A DNA stretch of 32,000 nt from Wolbachia endosymbiont of Armadillidium arcangelii (GTDB taxonomy: Bacteria > Pseudomonadota > Alphaproteobacteria > Rickettsiales > Anaplasmataceae), in NCBI RefSeq assembly GCF_040207875.1, contig NZ_CP157942.1:1458001-1490000 (forward strand). Reading direction: 5' to 3'. Position numbers and translations under genes: made by a program. Positions 1-9,235 of this stretch are shown here, piece after piece (positions within the stretch are counted from its first letter, which is position 1; each line of letters starts with the position of its first letter). Under the pieces are notes generated by a model that had not been told where the DNA came from, made no database searches, and was given only the letters and a program-made list of their open reading frames with translations.

Positions 1-240
1 AACCTTAGGGGTATCAGTGTGAATAACCATCCCTTCTGTAACTGGCATTGCACAAGAGGCTACTGGTTTTGGAGGTCCACCCTCGACTTCAACCAAACAC
101 ATTCTGCAGTTACCAGCAATTGCTAAACGCTCATGATAACAAAAACGTGGAATTTCAACGCCCACGACTTCACAAGCTTGAATTATAGTGAGCCCATACT
201 CTACTTCACATTCCTTAGAATTAATAGTAACTTTAACCAC
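1..240 (-). CDS. nuoG: NADH-quinone oxidoreductase subunit G, N-terminal part (gene runs off the left edge)
   Basis: Manual minus-strand translation from GTG at 240..238: [80 protein letters not shown], with the 2Fe-2S ferredoxin-type Cys motifs ([15 protein letters not shown]) of NuoG. Confidence 0.9.
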   Translation of the reverse strand, partial: MVKVTINSKECEVEYGLTIIQACEVVGVEIPRFCYHERLAIAGNCRMCLVEVEGGPPKPVASCAMPVTEGMVIHTDTPKV

Positions 241-245
241 AACTA

Positions 246-458
246 TTATACAGCTTCCCACTTTATAGGATTGCCGCTTATCTCATCTTCAACCAGATTG
301 CCGTTGTCATATTGAGCAGACATATAATTCATGCGCGAGTCACGATCTATATATCTAACAGGTTTTACCGGTTTATCTTTATACATTTTTTGCTCGGCTT
401 TCTTACGCTGAGTAGGGTTATTTTTACTAGCTGTCTTTGCTTTCCCACCTGCTGCCAT
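246..458 (-). CDS. Small basic conserved hypothetical protein directly upstream of nuoG
   Basis: 70-aa ORF ending 5 bp before the nuoG start, same strand; Lys-rich N-terminus. Confidence 0.6.
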   Translation of the reverse strand: MAAGGKAKTASKNNPTQRKKAEQKMYKDKPVKPVRYIDRDSRMNYMSAQYDNGNLVEDEISGNPIKWEAV

Positions 459-696
459 ATAAACTCCTAAAAACTTCTCATTTTATTTTAACACTTAAGT
501 ATATAGCGTCAATATTTAATAACTTTAAAATTTCAATAGATCTCTTATTGTAATTATTGTTTAAATAAAAAGTTACCCCTTGATATCATTCCAGCGCTTG
601 ACCAGAAAAAAAGAAATATGTATCAGCTACTTTCATTTGCTGCGCCTCGAAAATAAACGTTCATGTAGCCAAGCCATAAATCCAGTATAAAGACCT

Positions 697-2289
697 TTAA
701 TCATTGGCTTCGTAGTACTTTTTAACCAACTTATTAAGTAACCTTACACCAAAACCTACTGCTCCTCTTGGACAAATGTCAGTACCTTTTTCGTGCCAAG
801 CAGTGCCTGCGATATCTAAATGTGCCCAGCAAGTTTCATTCACAAAACGCTGTAAAAACTGTGCAGCCATTATGCTATCTCCACCAGAGCCTGCAGGAGC
901 GATGTTTTGAACATCAGCAATCGGTGAATCAATAATTTTGTCATAAGTTTCATTCATAGGAAAACGCCATAACTTCTCATTTACTTCATTTCCTGAATCG
1001 ATTAGACGGTTTGCTAATTCATCATTATTTGAAAAAAGACCAGCATATTCGTTATTTCCAAGTGCAACCACTATAGCACCAGTTAAAGTTGCAAGATCAA
1101 TCATAAATTTTGGTGAGAATCTGTCTTGTGTATACCATAAAGCATCTGCAAGTATGAGCCTTCCTTCTGCATCGGTGTTCAACACTTCTATTGTCTGTCC
1201 AGACATTGAAGTTACTACATCACTTGGTCTTTGAGCATTACCACCTACTGCATTTTCTGCAAGTGCAACCACACCGATCGCATTTACTTTTGCTTTTCGT
1301 CCTGCTAAAGCATTCATCACCCCAACCACAGTAGCAGAGCCTGCCATGTCATATTTCATCGACTCCATACCACGTGAAGGTTTGAGTGATACTCCACCAG
1401 TGTCAAACGTTATACCTTTACCAACAAAAGCAATTGGCTTTTGTTCTTTAGCAGCCCCATTCCATTTTATCACTACTAATTTTGGTTCTTTACTACTTCC
1501 TTGTGCGACTCCAAGCAAGGCTCCCATTTTTTTCTTTTCCATCTGCTTTTTATCAAGCACTTCGATTTCAAGGCCAAGCTTAGTAAGTTCTTTTTTTATA
1601 TGATCAGCATAAGATTCTGGATATAGAATGTTAGGAGGCTCTGTTATAAAAAAGCGCGCGAGGAATATACTCTCACCTTCTTGTCTTAAGTGCTCAAATG
1701 ATCTTTCAGCATTACTTAATTGCTCATCTTTTACTAATACGGTAATCTCCTCTACCTCTGTAGTTTTCTCATCCTTTTTAGTTTTATACTTATCAAACTT
1801 AAAACTACGCAGAAATGCACCATATGCAACATTTGCTACACTACCTTCGATTAAAACCGCTGCTTTCTTGATTTTTAATCTGCTTAGCTCACAATATATT
1901 TTACCACCAATATTTAATTCTTTATTTTCATTCCATTCATCCTTCTTCCCAAGCCCAATAACTATGACATTTTTTTCTTCTGGCAAAGTAATAGAGAAAA
2001 ATTCACCAAAACTTCCATTGAAATCGCTAAATTGCTTTATATTATCTATGATCTGTTTTCCTTGCAAAACCCCGCCATCATTTACGGTTTCGTTATCCTC
2101 AAATAAACCCATTACTATTGTTTTAAAATTGGGCGAAATTTTAGAAATTGTTATTTTCATTGCTGGCATCTCCGTTGCAAATAATTGTAAACTGTACATA
2201 AAACATAGCAAAAACATCAGTAAGATATTTTTCATATACATCCTAAGTACAATAACACTCAAGTTTACTATGGACTCCCTTACATGCAA
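697..2289 (-). CDS. pepA: Leucyl aminopeptidase (M17 family); start codon uncertain
   Basis: 530-aa ORF with VGKGITFDTGGVSLKP, MKYDMAGSATVVG and NTDAEGRLILADAL, characteristic of M17 metal-binding/catalytic motifs. The core likely begins near MPAMKITISK; the preceding residues look like a signal peptide. Confidence 0.95.
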   Translation of the reverse strand: MHVRESIVNLSVIVLRMYMKNILLMFLLCFMYSLQLFATEMPAMKITISKISPNFKTIVMGLFEDNETVNDGGVLQGKQIIDNIKQFSDFNGSFGEFFSITLPEEKNVIVIGLGKKDEWNENKELNIGGKIYCELSRLKIKKAAVLIEGSVANVAYGAFLRSFKFDKYKTKKDEKTTEVEEITVLVKDEQLSNAERSFEHLRQEGESIFLARFFITEPPNILYPESYADHIKKELTKLGLEIEVLDKKQMEKKKMGALLGVAQGSSKEPKLVVIKWNGAAKEQKPIAFVGKGITFDTGGVSLKPSRGMESMKYDMAGSATVVGVMNALAGRKAKVNAIGVVALAENAVGGNAQRPSDVVTSMSGQTIEVLNTDAEGRLILADALWYTQDRFSPKFMIDLATLTGAIVVALGNNEYAGLFSNNDELANRLIDSGNEVNEKLWRFPMNETYDKIIDSPIADVQNIAPAGSGGDSIMAAQFLQRFVNETCWAHLDIAGTAWHEKGTDICPRGAVGFGVRLLNKLVKKYYEAND

Positions 2290-2295
2290 GGGTTT

Positions 2296-2937
2296 TTATC
2301 TTTTATTAGAGAACTTATTATATCCGCCCAAGGTAATGTTAAACATATAGGTTTTTATGACCTGATCACTGTAAGTAAATGGTGTTATGAGAAGGCTTGC
2401 AAGCCCGTTACTAACAAAATCTTCAAGAACAGGATCAGCACAATTATCGCAATTATGGTCAGCAAAAAACATTTGCGTTGTGAATTCTGGAAAATCTGGA
2501 TGTTGAACTAGAAAGTTAATATGTGGAGCTCTATCACCAATTTTACCAGGTGCTATCGTAATAAAATTATAATAGCCAAGATTATTCACTACAAACCTTC
2601 CTGATCCAGCAAAATTCGGATCATCCTCTATATTCTTATCGTAATGGTTCACGCCGCGTGAATTCGCGTGCCATATAGAAACTACAGCATTTTGTATTGG
2701 TAAACAGTTTATATCAGTAATTCTACCCACTATGTGTATTAATTCTCCTGTTGCACTATTTGGAGAACCAGGTTTCCTTCTTAAATTGTTTGAAGAGCTA
2801 AAATTTTTTGGCCTTGCATCAAGGTCATATATTTCTGGAGTTTCAATGCAGTTGAGCAAAACAGGATCAGCTGCAAATAGCGGCAAACTGAATACCGTTT
2901 GTACTAAAAGCGCTAATAAGATATTTTTCACATTCAT
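2296..2937 (-). CDS. Intradiol ring-cleavage dioxygenase-like (protocatechuate 3,4-dioxygenase-like) protein with predicted signal peptide
   Basis: 213 aa; hydrophobic N-terminus MNVKNILLALLVQTVFSLPLFAADP; VVSIWHANSRG, GYYNFITIAPG and RAPHINFLV resemble the intradiol dioxygenase fold motifs. Confidence 0.75.
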   Translation of the reverse strand: MNVKNILLALLVQTVFSLPLFAADPVLLNCIETPEIYDLDARPKNFSSSNNLRRKPGSPNSATGELIHIVGRITDINCLPIQNAVVSIWHANSRGVNHYDKNIEDDPNFAGSGRFVVNNLGYYNFITIAPGKIGDRAPHINFLVQHPDFPEFTTQMFFADHNCDNCADPVLEDFVSNGLASLLITPFTYSDQVIKTYMFNITLGGYNKFSNKR

Positions 2938-3317
2938 TTCATTTATAATAGACTTCTTGCATAACCATATAACAAACTTTTATTGGGAATAGAAACAAAA
3001 AACTTACTTGACAAACCTCTCCAGCCCCCTTACCATGAAACTGAAGGTATTCAGTTATCTTCATTTGTGCAGGTTAAACAGCAAGAAAACAACGTAGTTG
3101 GCGTCTTATTTTTAATTTTTTGCACTATGTGCACCTTATGTCTTCACAACATTTCTGGGTTTTTACCTATATAAGCTGAAACGCGCTTATAAGTCGTTTA
3201 AGACAGTATAGTACGCCAATTTGCAGGATTAGAGAGTGACAACTAGCTAACACGGGGTTTCTTTTGCCTTTTTTTATTTGGTAAATTCCTTAATATTTAT
3301 GGCTAAAGGAGCCCAAG

Positions 3318-3425
3318 ATAGGTGTCATTCCAGTGCTTGACACACAGCTGTACGAACATTATCCGTAAAGAGATGTCATCCCAGTCTGGGATCCAATAAG
3401 AAAATCTGGTCACGCGCTGGAACTC
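3318..3425. repeat. Degenerate copies of the Wolbachia-type palindromic repeat family
   Basis: ggtgtcattccagtgcttgacac (about 3321) and gatgtcatcccagtctgggatccaa (about 3375) in intergenic DNA. Confidence 0.65.
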
Positions 3426-3465
3426 TTCGAATTCCAGTTATGCAAAATGCTTTCAATACGATAAG

Positions 3466-3936
3466 TTACTTCAATAATTTGCATATAGTATAATCTTGTG
3501 TTTTGGTAAGAATAGTTTTATTCCATCCATCAAGGAGTGTTAAATTGAAATACGTATCACCTTTATAAGTTTTATGAATTTCAGTCATAATAAATTCTGA
3601 GATTAGGTTATGCTCTAAAAAAAGATGTACTATCTGCGCTCCACCAATCACAAAAATTTGAGAACTACTTTTAATCAACAGAAACTCTTGCATAGAAGAA
3701 ACGACAGTACATTTTGGGCCTCTATTAAAACACTTGTTACGAGAGAAAACAATAGGTGTACGATTCTTTAATATGCTTTTAGGTATAGTTTCAAATGTCT
3801 TTCTTCCCATCACAATAATTTGTTTGTCAGTCACTTGACAAAAATGTTTGAACTCACTTGGATAATGCCAAGGCAAATCATTATTTATTCCAATTACCCC
3901 ATGAGGGTCAACAGCCATAATTCCAATAATCTTCAT
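3466..3936 (-). CDS. folA: Dihydrofolate reductase
   Basis: 156 aa; MKIIGIMAVDPHGVIGINNDLPWHYPSEFKHFCQVTDKQIIVMGRKTFETI and FVIGGAQIVHLFL are DHFR motifs; overlaps the downstream frame of folKP. Confidence 0.95.
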   Translation of the reverse strand: MKIIGIMAVDPHGVIGINNDLPWHYPSEFKHFCQVTDKQIIVMGRKTFETIPKSILKNRTPIVFSRNKCFNRGPKCTVVSSMQEFLLIKSSSQIFVIGGAQIVHLFLEHNLISEFIMTEIHKTYKGDTYFNLTLLDGWNKTILTKTQDYTICKLLK

Positions 3937-5186
3937 TCCTGTAAGACAGTTTGGGCTACAAAAAATCGCATGTGATCACGCACATTATGCACTCGAAGGA
4001 AATCAACCTTATTTTGTAGTATAGCTGATGTAGCAATTGTTTCTAAATCTCTATTAGAGGCAGGTTCTGTGGAAAAAGAAGAAATAAATGACTTTCTGGA
4101 ATGGCCAACTAAAACCTTGCAGCCAAAATTTTGTAACGTTTCTATACTGCGTAAAATCTGAATATTCTGATACATAGATTTGCCAAAACCAATACCGGGG
4201 TCAATAATTATTGAATTTTCATCAAAACCCAGGCCTAGTAGTCTGTTAATGTTCTTCTCTGCCCAATTATTCATGATATCAATTGAGTCAGTGTCATGTG
4301 GAATAATGTTGTCCTTATGTGGTGGTATGGAGAGTGAATGCATAATAACGATACTACATCCACTGCTAGCAATTGCTTTTAGAGTATGGTCATTCAGATC
4401 TCCCTTCTGATCGTTTACCCAGGCAATGTTGTAGTGCTTCAAAACGTTTAAAATAACGTCTGGCCAAAAACTATCAATGCTGACTTTAATATCACCAGCT
4501 TTCATATAATCACTAAGATTATCAAGTACTGGCTTTAGACGTGCATACTCTTTCTCTGGCGTCTGTATTGAAGCTCCAGGTCTTGTTGATTGAGCCCCAA
4601 GATCAACTATGCTTGCACCATCTGATACCAGTTGCAATGCCTGCTTGGTTGCTCGATCTGCATCATAATAAAGACCACCATCTGAAAATGAATCAGGGGT
4701 AATGTTGACAATACCCATAAGCTTTGGTGAGAGCGTAAAACTTTTTGAAAAACAGTTTTGAACATTAGAAGCAAATGTTTTGTTAACTATTGCCATCAAG
4801 TGGAGCAAAAATGGTCTATTTACCAATTCTGGGTGAGGAATTTTAAGGTCAGGTGTGTCGAGCGTTAAGTCACCCCATAACAAAATATCCAAATCAATAA
4901 TGCGAGGTGCCCATTTTTCATAGACTTGTGAACGGCCAATGTCACATTCGATTTGTTTTAAGCCTTTTAATAGCTCCTCAGGAGAAGAAGAACAACTTCC
5001 ATAGACAATCATGTTGAGAAATGGCTTGTCCCAATCAGGTGGAGCACCATTTGGTAAAATAGCCTTAGTTTCTAGAATGATCGAAGACTTTAAGTCTTTT
5101 AAATAGCGCTCCTTCAGTAACTCAGTAGCCTTTTGTAAATGGGAAAGGCGATTCCCTATGTTTGAGCCAATAGAAATATAGATCAT
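3933..5186 (-). CDS. folKP: Bifunctional 2-amino-4-hydroxy-6-hydroxymethyldihydropteridine pyrophosphokinase / dihydropteroate synthase
   Basis: 417 aa; HPPK N-terminus (IYISIGSNIGNRLSHLQKA, RIIDLDILLWG) and DHPS C-terminus (MGIVNITPDSFSDGG, DLGAQSTRPGA, IIDPGIGFGKS, VGHSRKSFIS). Confidence 0.95.
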   Translation of the reverse strand: MIYISIGSNIGNRLSHLQKATELLKERYLKDLKSSIILETKAILPNGAPPDWDKPFLNMIVYGSCSSSPEELLKGLKQIECDIGRSQVYEKWAPRIIDLDILLWGDLTLDTPDLKIPHPELVNRPFLLHLMAIVNKTFASNVQNCFSKSFTLSPKLMGIVNITPDSFSDGGLYYDADRATKQALQLVSDGASIVDLGAQSTRPGASIQTPEKEYARLKPVLDNLSDYMKAGDIKVSIDSFWPDVILNVLKHYNIAWVNDQKGDLNDHTLKAIASSGCSIVIMHSLSIPPHKDNIIPHDTDSIDIMNNWAEKNINRLLGLGFDENSIIIDPGIGFGKSMYQNIQILRSIETLQNFGCKVLVGHSRKSFISSFSTEPASNRDLETIATSAILQNKVDFLRVHNVRDHMRFFVAQTVLQE

Positions 5187-5569
5187 TCTTGCAATTCATT
5201 ACAGTAAGTAAAAAAAACGCCCCCATGTACACCAGGAACTGGTGGTGCAGTTTTGTGAGTAGTTACCCTGACAGAAGAAATAATATGCTCTTTTTGCATC
5301 AAAAGGTCGTTAATCACCCTGTATATATCATGAGTTAAATGTTCGATTAAATTAAATTGCTTGCTCTGAACGAGAGATTGAATGTTCTGCACTACCTCCA
5401 AATAGCAAATAGTATCTTTAAGTTGATCAGTTGTAAGCCCTAAAGGAGGAGATTTAAAAGTGAAACCAACATCAATACTCACCAATTGGGGAGAAAACTT
5501 CTCTTCTGCGCTACATCCTAAATGAACCCAAAGCCGCAGATCAGATATAAGAAAATTACATACTACCAC
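5183..5569 (-). CDS. folB: Dihydroneopterin aldolase
   Basis: 128 aa; LRLWVHLGCSAEEKFSPQLVSIDVGF, DTICYLEVVQNIQSL and FNLIEHLTHDIY match FolB; 4-bp overlap with folKP. Confidence 0.85.
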   Translation of the reverse strand: MVVCNFLISDLRLWVHLGCSAEEKFSPQLVSIDVGFTFKSPPLGLTTDQLKDTICYLEVVQNIQSLVQSKQFNLIEHLTHDIYRVINDLLMQKEHIISSVRVTTHKTAPPVPGVHGGVFFTYCNELQE

Positions 5570-5591
5570 TGAATTTAGTATCTACTTATAA

Positions 5592-6242
5592 TTAATGACA
5601 AACGTTAATGCCATCAAGAAAACCCCATAAGAGTTTTGCTCCTTTTTTAGCACCTTGCATGACTTTCTCTTGCTCTTCTTCGCTTAAATCTGCAATAAGG
5701 TTTGCACATTCTTCAGAATGCCACTCATCAGCTTCCATATGAACGGTAAAAAATTTGAGAGAACGTTCGTCGTTTATTGAATAGTGTTTTTTCAGGCCTT
5801 CGATTTTAGACTTAGAAATTTCCGGAGTTTGACGTTCGTAAGCATACAAAGCTCCAAGACCTTCTGCAAAACCTGATCTTACAATGTCAAAATAACCATC
5901 AACTAATTCTTGCGTCTCCTTAACCTGTACATCTTCAAAAAGATTAGGCCTTGCTACTCCCAGCCCTTCAGCAAAACGCTGCCATAATTCTGGGTGATTC
6001 TCATCACCTTGTTCTTCCTCTATTAAATTACCAAGTAAAACTTGCCGCATCTTTAGACTTGAACATAAAGAATGTATACCGCTGATATAACGAGGAAAAG
6101 CAGCAACATGGTGATAATATTCCTTAGCATAGGTTTGTAAAGCCTGCATGCTTAAGCTACCTTCATTCCATGACTGGTAAAACGGATGTTTTAATAAGTG
6201 TAAACTATCTAATTGATTATTAAGTGATTGAACAAATGTCAT
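5592..6242 (-). CDS. CADD/PqqC/TenA-like diiron-fold protein, likely a pABA-forming folate enzyme
   Basis: 216 aa; EEEQGDENHPELW, LGALYAYERQTPEISKSKIEGL and FFTVHMEADEWHSEE match Chlamydia CADD-type metal-binding motifs (E..H / YE / H...D..H); directly upstream of folB-folKP-folA on the same strand. Confidence 0.85.
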   Translation of the reverse strand: MTFVQSLNNQLDSLHLLKHPFYQSWNEGSLSMQALQTYAKEYYHHVAAFPRYISGIHSLCSSLKMRQVLLGNLIEEEQGDENHPELWQRFAEGLGVARPNLFEDVQVKETQELVDGYFDIVRSGFAEGLGALYAYERQTPEISKSKIEGLKKHYSINDERSLKFFTVHMEADEWHSEECANLIADLSEEEQEKVMQGAKKGAKLLWGFLDGINVCH

Positions 6243-6617
6243 AAATAAACAAAAAACTATTTCAGGCTACGCTTAGGTTCACCAGATGTCAAGAGACATT
6301 TCTCACCACCTTATCTCCGATTACAGAATTGTGCTCATCAAGTGAGCATAATTCCTGAGCTAATTTCACTCTTTTTAGAATTCACAGATCGAAAAGAAGG
6401 GATTGCTCAATCAAGAGAAACAACCAAAGATAAAAGCAGAAACGATATATGAAGAGAATGGTAAGAAAGAAATAAAGAAAAAGAAACAGTGTTTCAGTGA
6501 TGTAAAGGATTATTCAATGAGTCAGAATATAACTCAAAAACTAACGGATTTAGAGGTAAAGAAAAATTTTAATACCTCCACTAAGATAATTTGCCACTAG
6601 ACCCTTATTTTTTTCTA

Positions 6618-6853
6618 CACTTTCTCTATAAAAACCATAGGCGCCTATAAAGTAAAGGTCAAGTATCTGGAATTCTGGACATAAAACCCTCCTGTATAAA
6701 AAATAAAATGCAGCGCACATACGACAGATATACACTGAAGTTTATTGAAAAATTGACCGAAAAGTCTGCAGACAAAAATAAATTAAGCTCTTAAAAATAT
6801 CTCTAATTATAATTAGATTCAAAATATGCGGAAGTAATTTTTTTACAATATAA
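6618..6853 (-). repeat. Left copy (A) of a ~240 bp imperfect inverted repeat
   Basis: The reverse complement matches 9900-10164. It includes a 56-bp perfect stretch (6648-6703 vs 10073-10128): ttttttatacaggagggttttatgtccagaattccagatacttgacctttacttta. Confidence 0.85.
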
Positions 6854-6956
6854 TGGAATTTTACAGACACTAACAATTGCAATGCTGCGCACTGTAACAA
6901 CACAAAAAAACTTATGTAAGAGGGTGGTCCTGAAATTTTGTTCTAGAAAAATGTAA

Positions 6957-7985
6957 TCACAATCTACTGCAACTTAATTCTGCTTCAGGTATAACTGAAG
7001 TTATCTCAAACATTTGCGTAGTTGCCCTAGTATCGCAAAATGTGCTTTCTTGAAAATAATGCAATCTATTTTCCAATATATTTCTTTCTTCTACATAACT
7101 GTCTGATTCTTTATTCAAACTAGAATTTTTTTCTTCATACTTGGAAAGTATTGTATCGATCAAATAATTAAAAAATAATATTAGACCCGTAGTGTTGGAG
7201 AGCAATGCAAGAGAATAATATAACATATCTTTGCTCACTTCTTCACTTATTATGTCATGAGAATTTCTATACATTCTAAAACAAGAGCCAAAAGCTGCTA
7301 AGCATACACAAATAAATTTTGTTCTGCTCAGGACAGACTTAACTCGCACTAATTTTTTATTGTTATCTTCTAATCTTGTACGCAACTTACTAATTTTACT
7401 ACTATAGTGCTCAATAAACAATTCTATTGCCTCTTTGTCATTAGCATAATTATATGCTTTATAAGATTCCTTATCCATAAGTTCAGTATCTATATCCCTT
7501 GATTTTAGAAGCTTTTTGATTGCTTCATTCTTGCGAAGAAGCACAGCTTCGTGTAGAGGTGTGTACTCACTTTCAACATCTTTCCTTCTGTTAATATTTT
7601 CACGAGTTAAGTAGTCGAAAAGAGCTGAAAGACATTCTGAATTATTACCCTCAATAGCCAGAGTAATTACATCTTTTCCATCTTTATTCTTAGCATTGAT
7701 AATTTTAGAAAGCGGCTTTTCATTCTCTTGATTACGTTCAAAATACTTGCACTTATAGAATGTATTCGAAAGATATGGTTCTTTAAGAAGACATAAAAGT
7801 TTTTCTACAAAGCTAATACGATTTTTTTTAACAGCTACATGTAAAGGTGTGTCCTGATTTTTCTCATCTTGCAACGATAAGACATCATACAAACAAGCGT
7901 TTGTATGTAGAAAATTAATCTCTTGGTCAAAATAGATATCAACTATGTTTAAAAATTTTTTATTTGTGTAATTTTGCAACTTCAT
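6957..7985 (-). CDS. Ankyrin-repeat protein with C-terminal transmembrane segments and coiled coil
   Basis: 342 aa; DTPLHVAVKKNRISFVEKLL, GKDVITLAIEGNNSECLSALFDYL and YTPLHEAVLLRKNEAIKKLLKS; hydrophobic stretches FICVCLAAFG and YYSLALLSNTTGLILFFNYLI; charged C-terminus. Confidence 0.85.
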   Translation of the reverse strand: MKLQNYTNKKFLNIVDIYFDQEINFLHTNACLYDVLSLQDEKNQDTPLHVAVKKNRISFVEKLLCLLKEPYLSNTFYKCKYFERNQENEKPLSKIINAKNKDGKDVITLAIEGNNSECLSALFDYLTRENINRRKDVESEYTPLHEAVLLRKNEAIKKLLKSRDIDTELMDKESYKAYNYANDKEAIELFIEHYSSKISKLRTRLEDNNKKLVRVKSVLSRTKFICVCLAAFGSCFRMYRNSHDIISEEVSKDMLYYSLALLSNTTGLILFFNYLIDTILSKYEEKNSSLNKESDSYVEERNILENRLHYFQESTFCDTRATTQMFEITSVIPEAELSCSRL

Positions 7986-8059
7986 ATGGGCAATAAAACC
8001 CCGTTTTGTCGTATAAGAATAGAATTTTATATCAAACAGCTACTACCTTGCTTAAGCCA

Positions 8060-8104
8060 ATGAATATGTGCGTTTAGTGTGTGTGTGGACGCACATATTC
8101 ATTA
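8060..8104. repeat. Perfect 14-bp inverted repeat (hairpin), 17-nt loop
   Basis: aatgaatatgtgcg (8060-8073) / cgcacatattcatt (8091-8104); loop tttagtgtgtgtgtgga; lies between the ank gene start and the IS110 transposase 3' end. Confidence 0.85.
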
Positions 8105-8133
8105 ACTAATTTTAATTATTGCCATGTAAATTT

Positions 8134-9080
8134 CTAAACATGCAAATTAATTGCTTCTTTAAGTCTGGCATTGGCGATGACTATAATTTTACGCATAAGT
8201 GCAGTGAGTGCTACCATCTTTCTTTTACCACTATCAATAAGCTTACAATAAAAAGCAGCAAGTTCTGACTTGGAGTTTCTAGCAGCCATAGCAGCTGTGA
8301 AAAGCTTTGAACGAACGTTACTTCTTCCACCTATAATCCTTCGGTAACCAATAGCTTTACCACTTTCCTTAGGATGAGGTGCAACACCTGCAAGGCTTGC
8401 AACTTGCCTTTTGTTTAAGGAACCAAGTTCCGGTATAAGGCACAATAAACATTGAGAGGTTTTTCTACCTATTCCAGGAACTGTTTCAAGAATCTTCTGG
8501 TATCGGTTCAGTTCAGGGTTTTCATTGACTATTTTTTGTATAGCTTGATCAAGCTTTTCTACCTGATTATTGAGGAATTCAATAGTTTGTTGACAACTTT
8601 CCTTAATGTAATCATTTCCAGGAGTTTTAAGCCTATTTTTTCTTGAACAAGCATTTTTGTAATATCATCACGACGCTGACAAAGTGTAAATAAGGTGGTT
8701 TGTTCTTTTGAGATAGGTGTAAATAGCTGCAGACGTCCACAACGCTCAACACCATATTGGGCAAGCGCTTTTGCATCCAGATTGTCAGTCTTTGCCAAAG
8801 TTCCATGAGATAGAATGAAGTTTTTAACTTGACGAGTATTAGCACGATGCACAGCAATGTTTCTGTCAATAAGAAAATACAATAAGCCAAGCTCATAGCC
8901 TCCTGTAGCTTCTAAAATTATCATGGAATTGGGTAAGATATTTGAAAATTTTTGGTAAAATTGTTTCCAGCCAGAACAACTATTGTCAAACTTGATAACA
9001 CTTTTTTGTTCATTCACTGCAATAACAAATTCAAGTTTTCCGATATCAATGCCAATAAAATTTTGATAAGATATAACCAT
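8134..9080 (-). mobile_element. IS110-family transposase gene, split by a single-base frameshift (ORFs 8559-9080 and 8134-8445)
   Basis: N-terminal part FIGIDIGKLEFVIAV, MIILEATGGYE and TDNLDAKALAQYG (DEDD/RuvC-like); C-terminal part (Transposase_20-like) AGVAPHPKESGKAIGYRRIIGGRSNVR. Restoring one A in the run near 8638-8643 gives continuous EKNRLKTPGNDYIKESCQQTIEFLNNQVEKLDQAIQKIVNENPELNRYQKILETVPGIGRKTSQCLLCLIPELG. Confidence 0.9.
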
Positions 9081-9089
9081 AAAGAACCT

Positions 9090-9235
9090 CGAGAGTTTAA
9101 GTTAAAATTTAAGATTGTAAACGGGTGCATATGTATGTCCCAAACAACTATTCAAACGTCTCGAAGGATAGGCTTGAGTACCTTGATATCTACGTATGTG
9201 TAATACTACCGTCTTACGGTCGCTCAAGCCTTTGA
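9090..9235 (-). ncRNA. Candidate IS110 bridge RNA (seekRNA) region upstream of the transposase
   Basis: Non-coding ~200 bp upstream of tnp. It contains a stem ggcttgag/ctcaagcc (9171-9178 with 9223-9230, extended by one pair) and an inner hairpin accgt-ctt-acggt (9208-9220), in the position expected for an IS110-group guide RNA. Confidence 0.5.

Noticed and set aside
1346-2350. Plus-strand ORFs of 85 and 240 aa opposite pepA
   Set aside because: Antisense shadows of a well-supported M17 aminopeptidase; compositions do not resemble real proteins.
6403-6735. Small ORFs (65 and 61 aa) between the CADD-like gene and copy A of the inverted repeat
   Set aside because: Low complexity Lys-rich composition and overlap with a repeat; not supportable as genes.
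8452-9203. ORFs 8452-8646, 8633-8896 and 8952-9203
   Set aside because: 8633-8896 is an alternate frame within the transposase; the plus-strand ORFs are antisense or overlap the non-coding leader. The IS110 reading frame explains this area.
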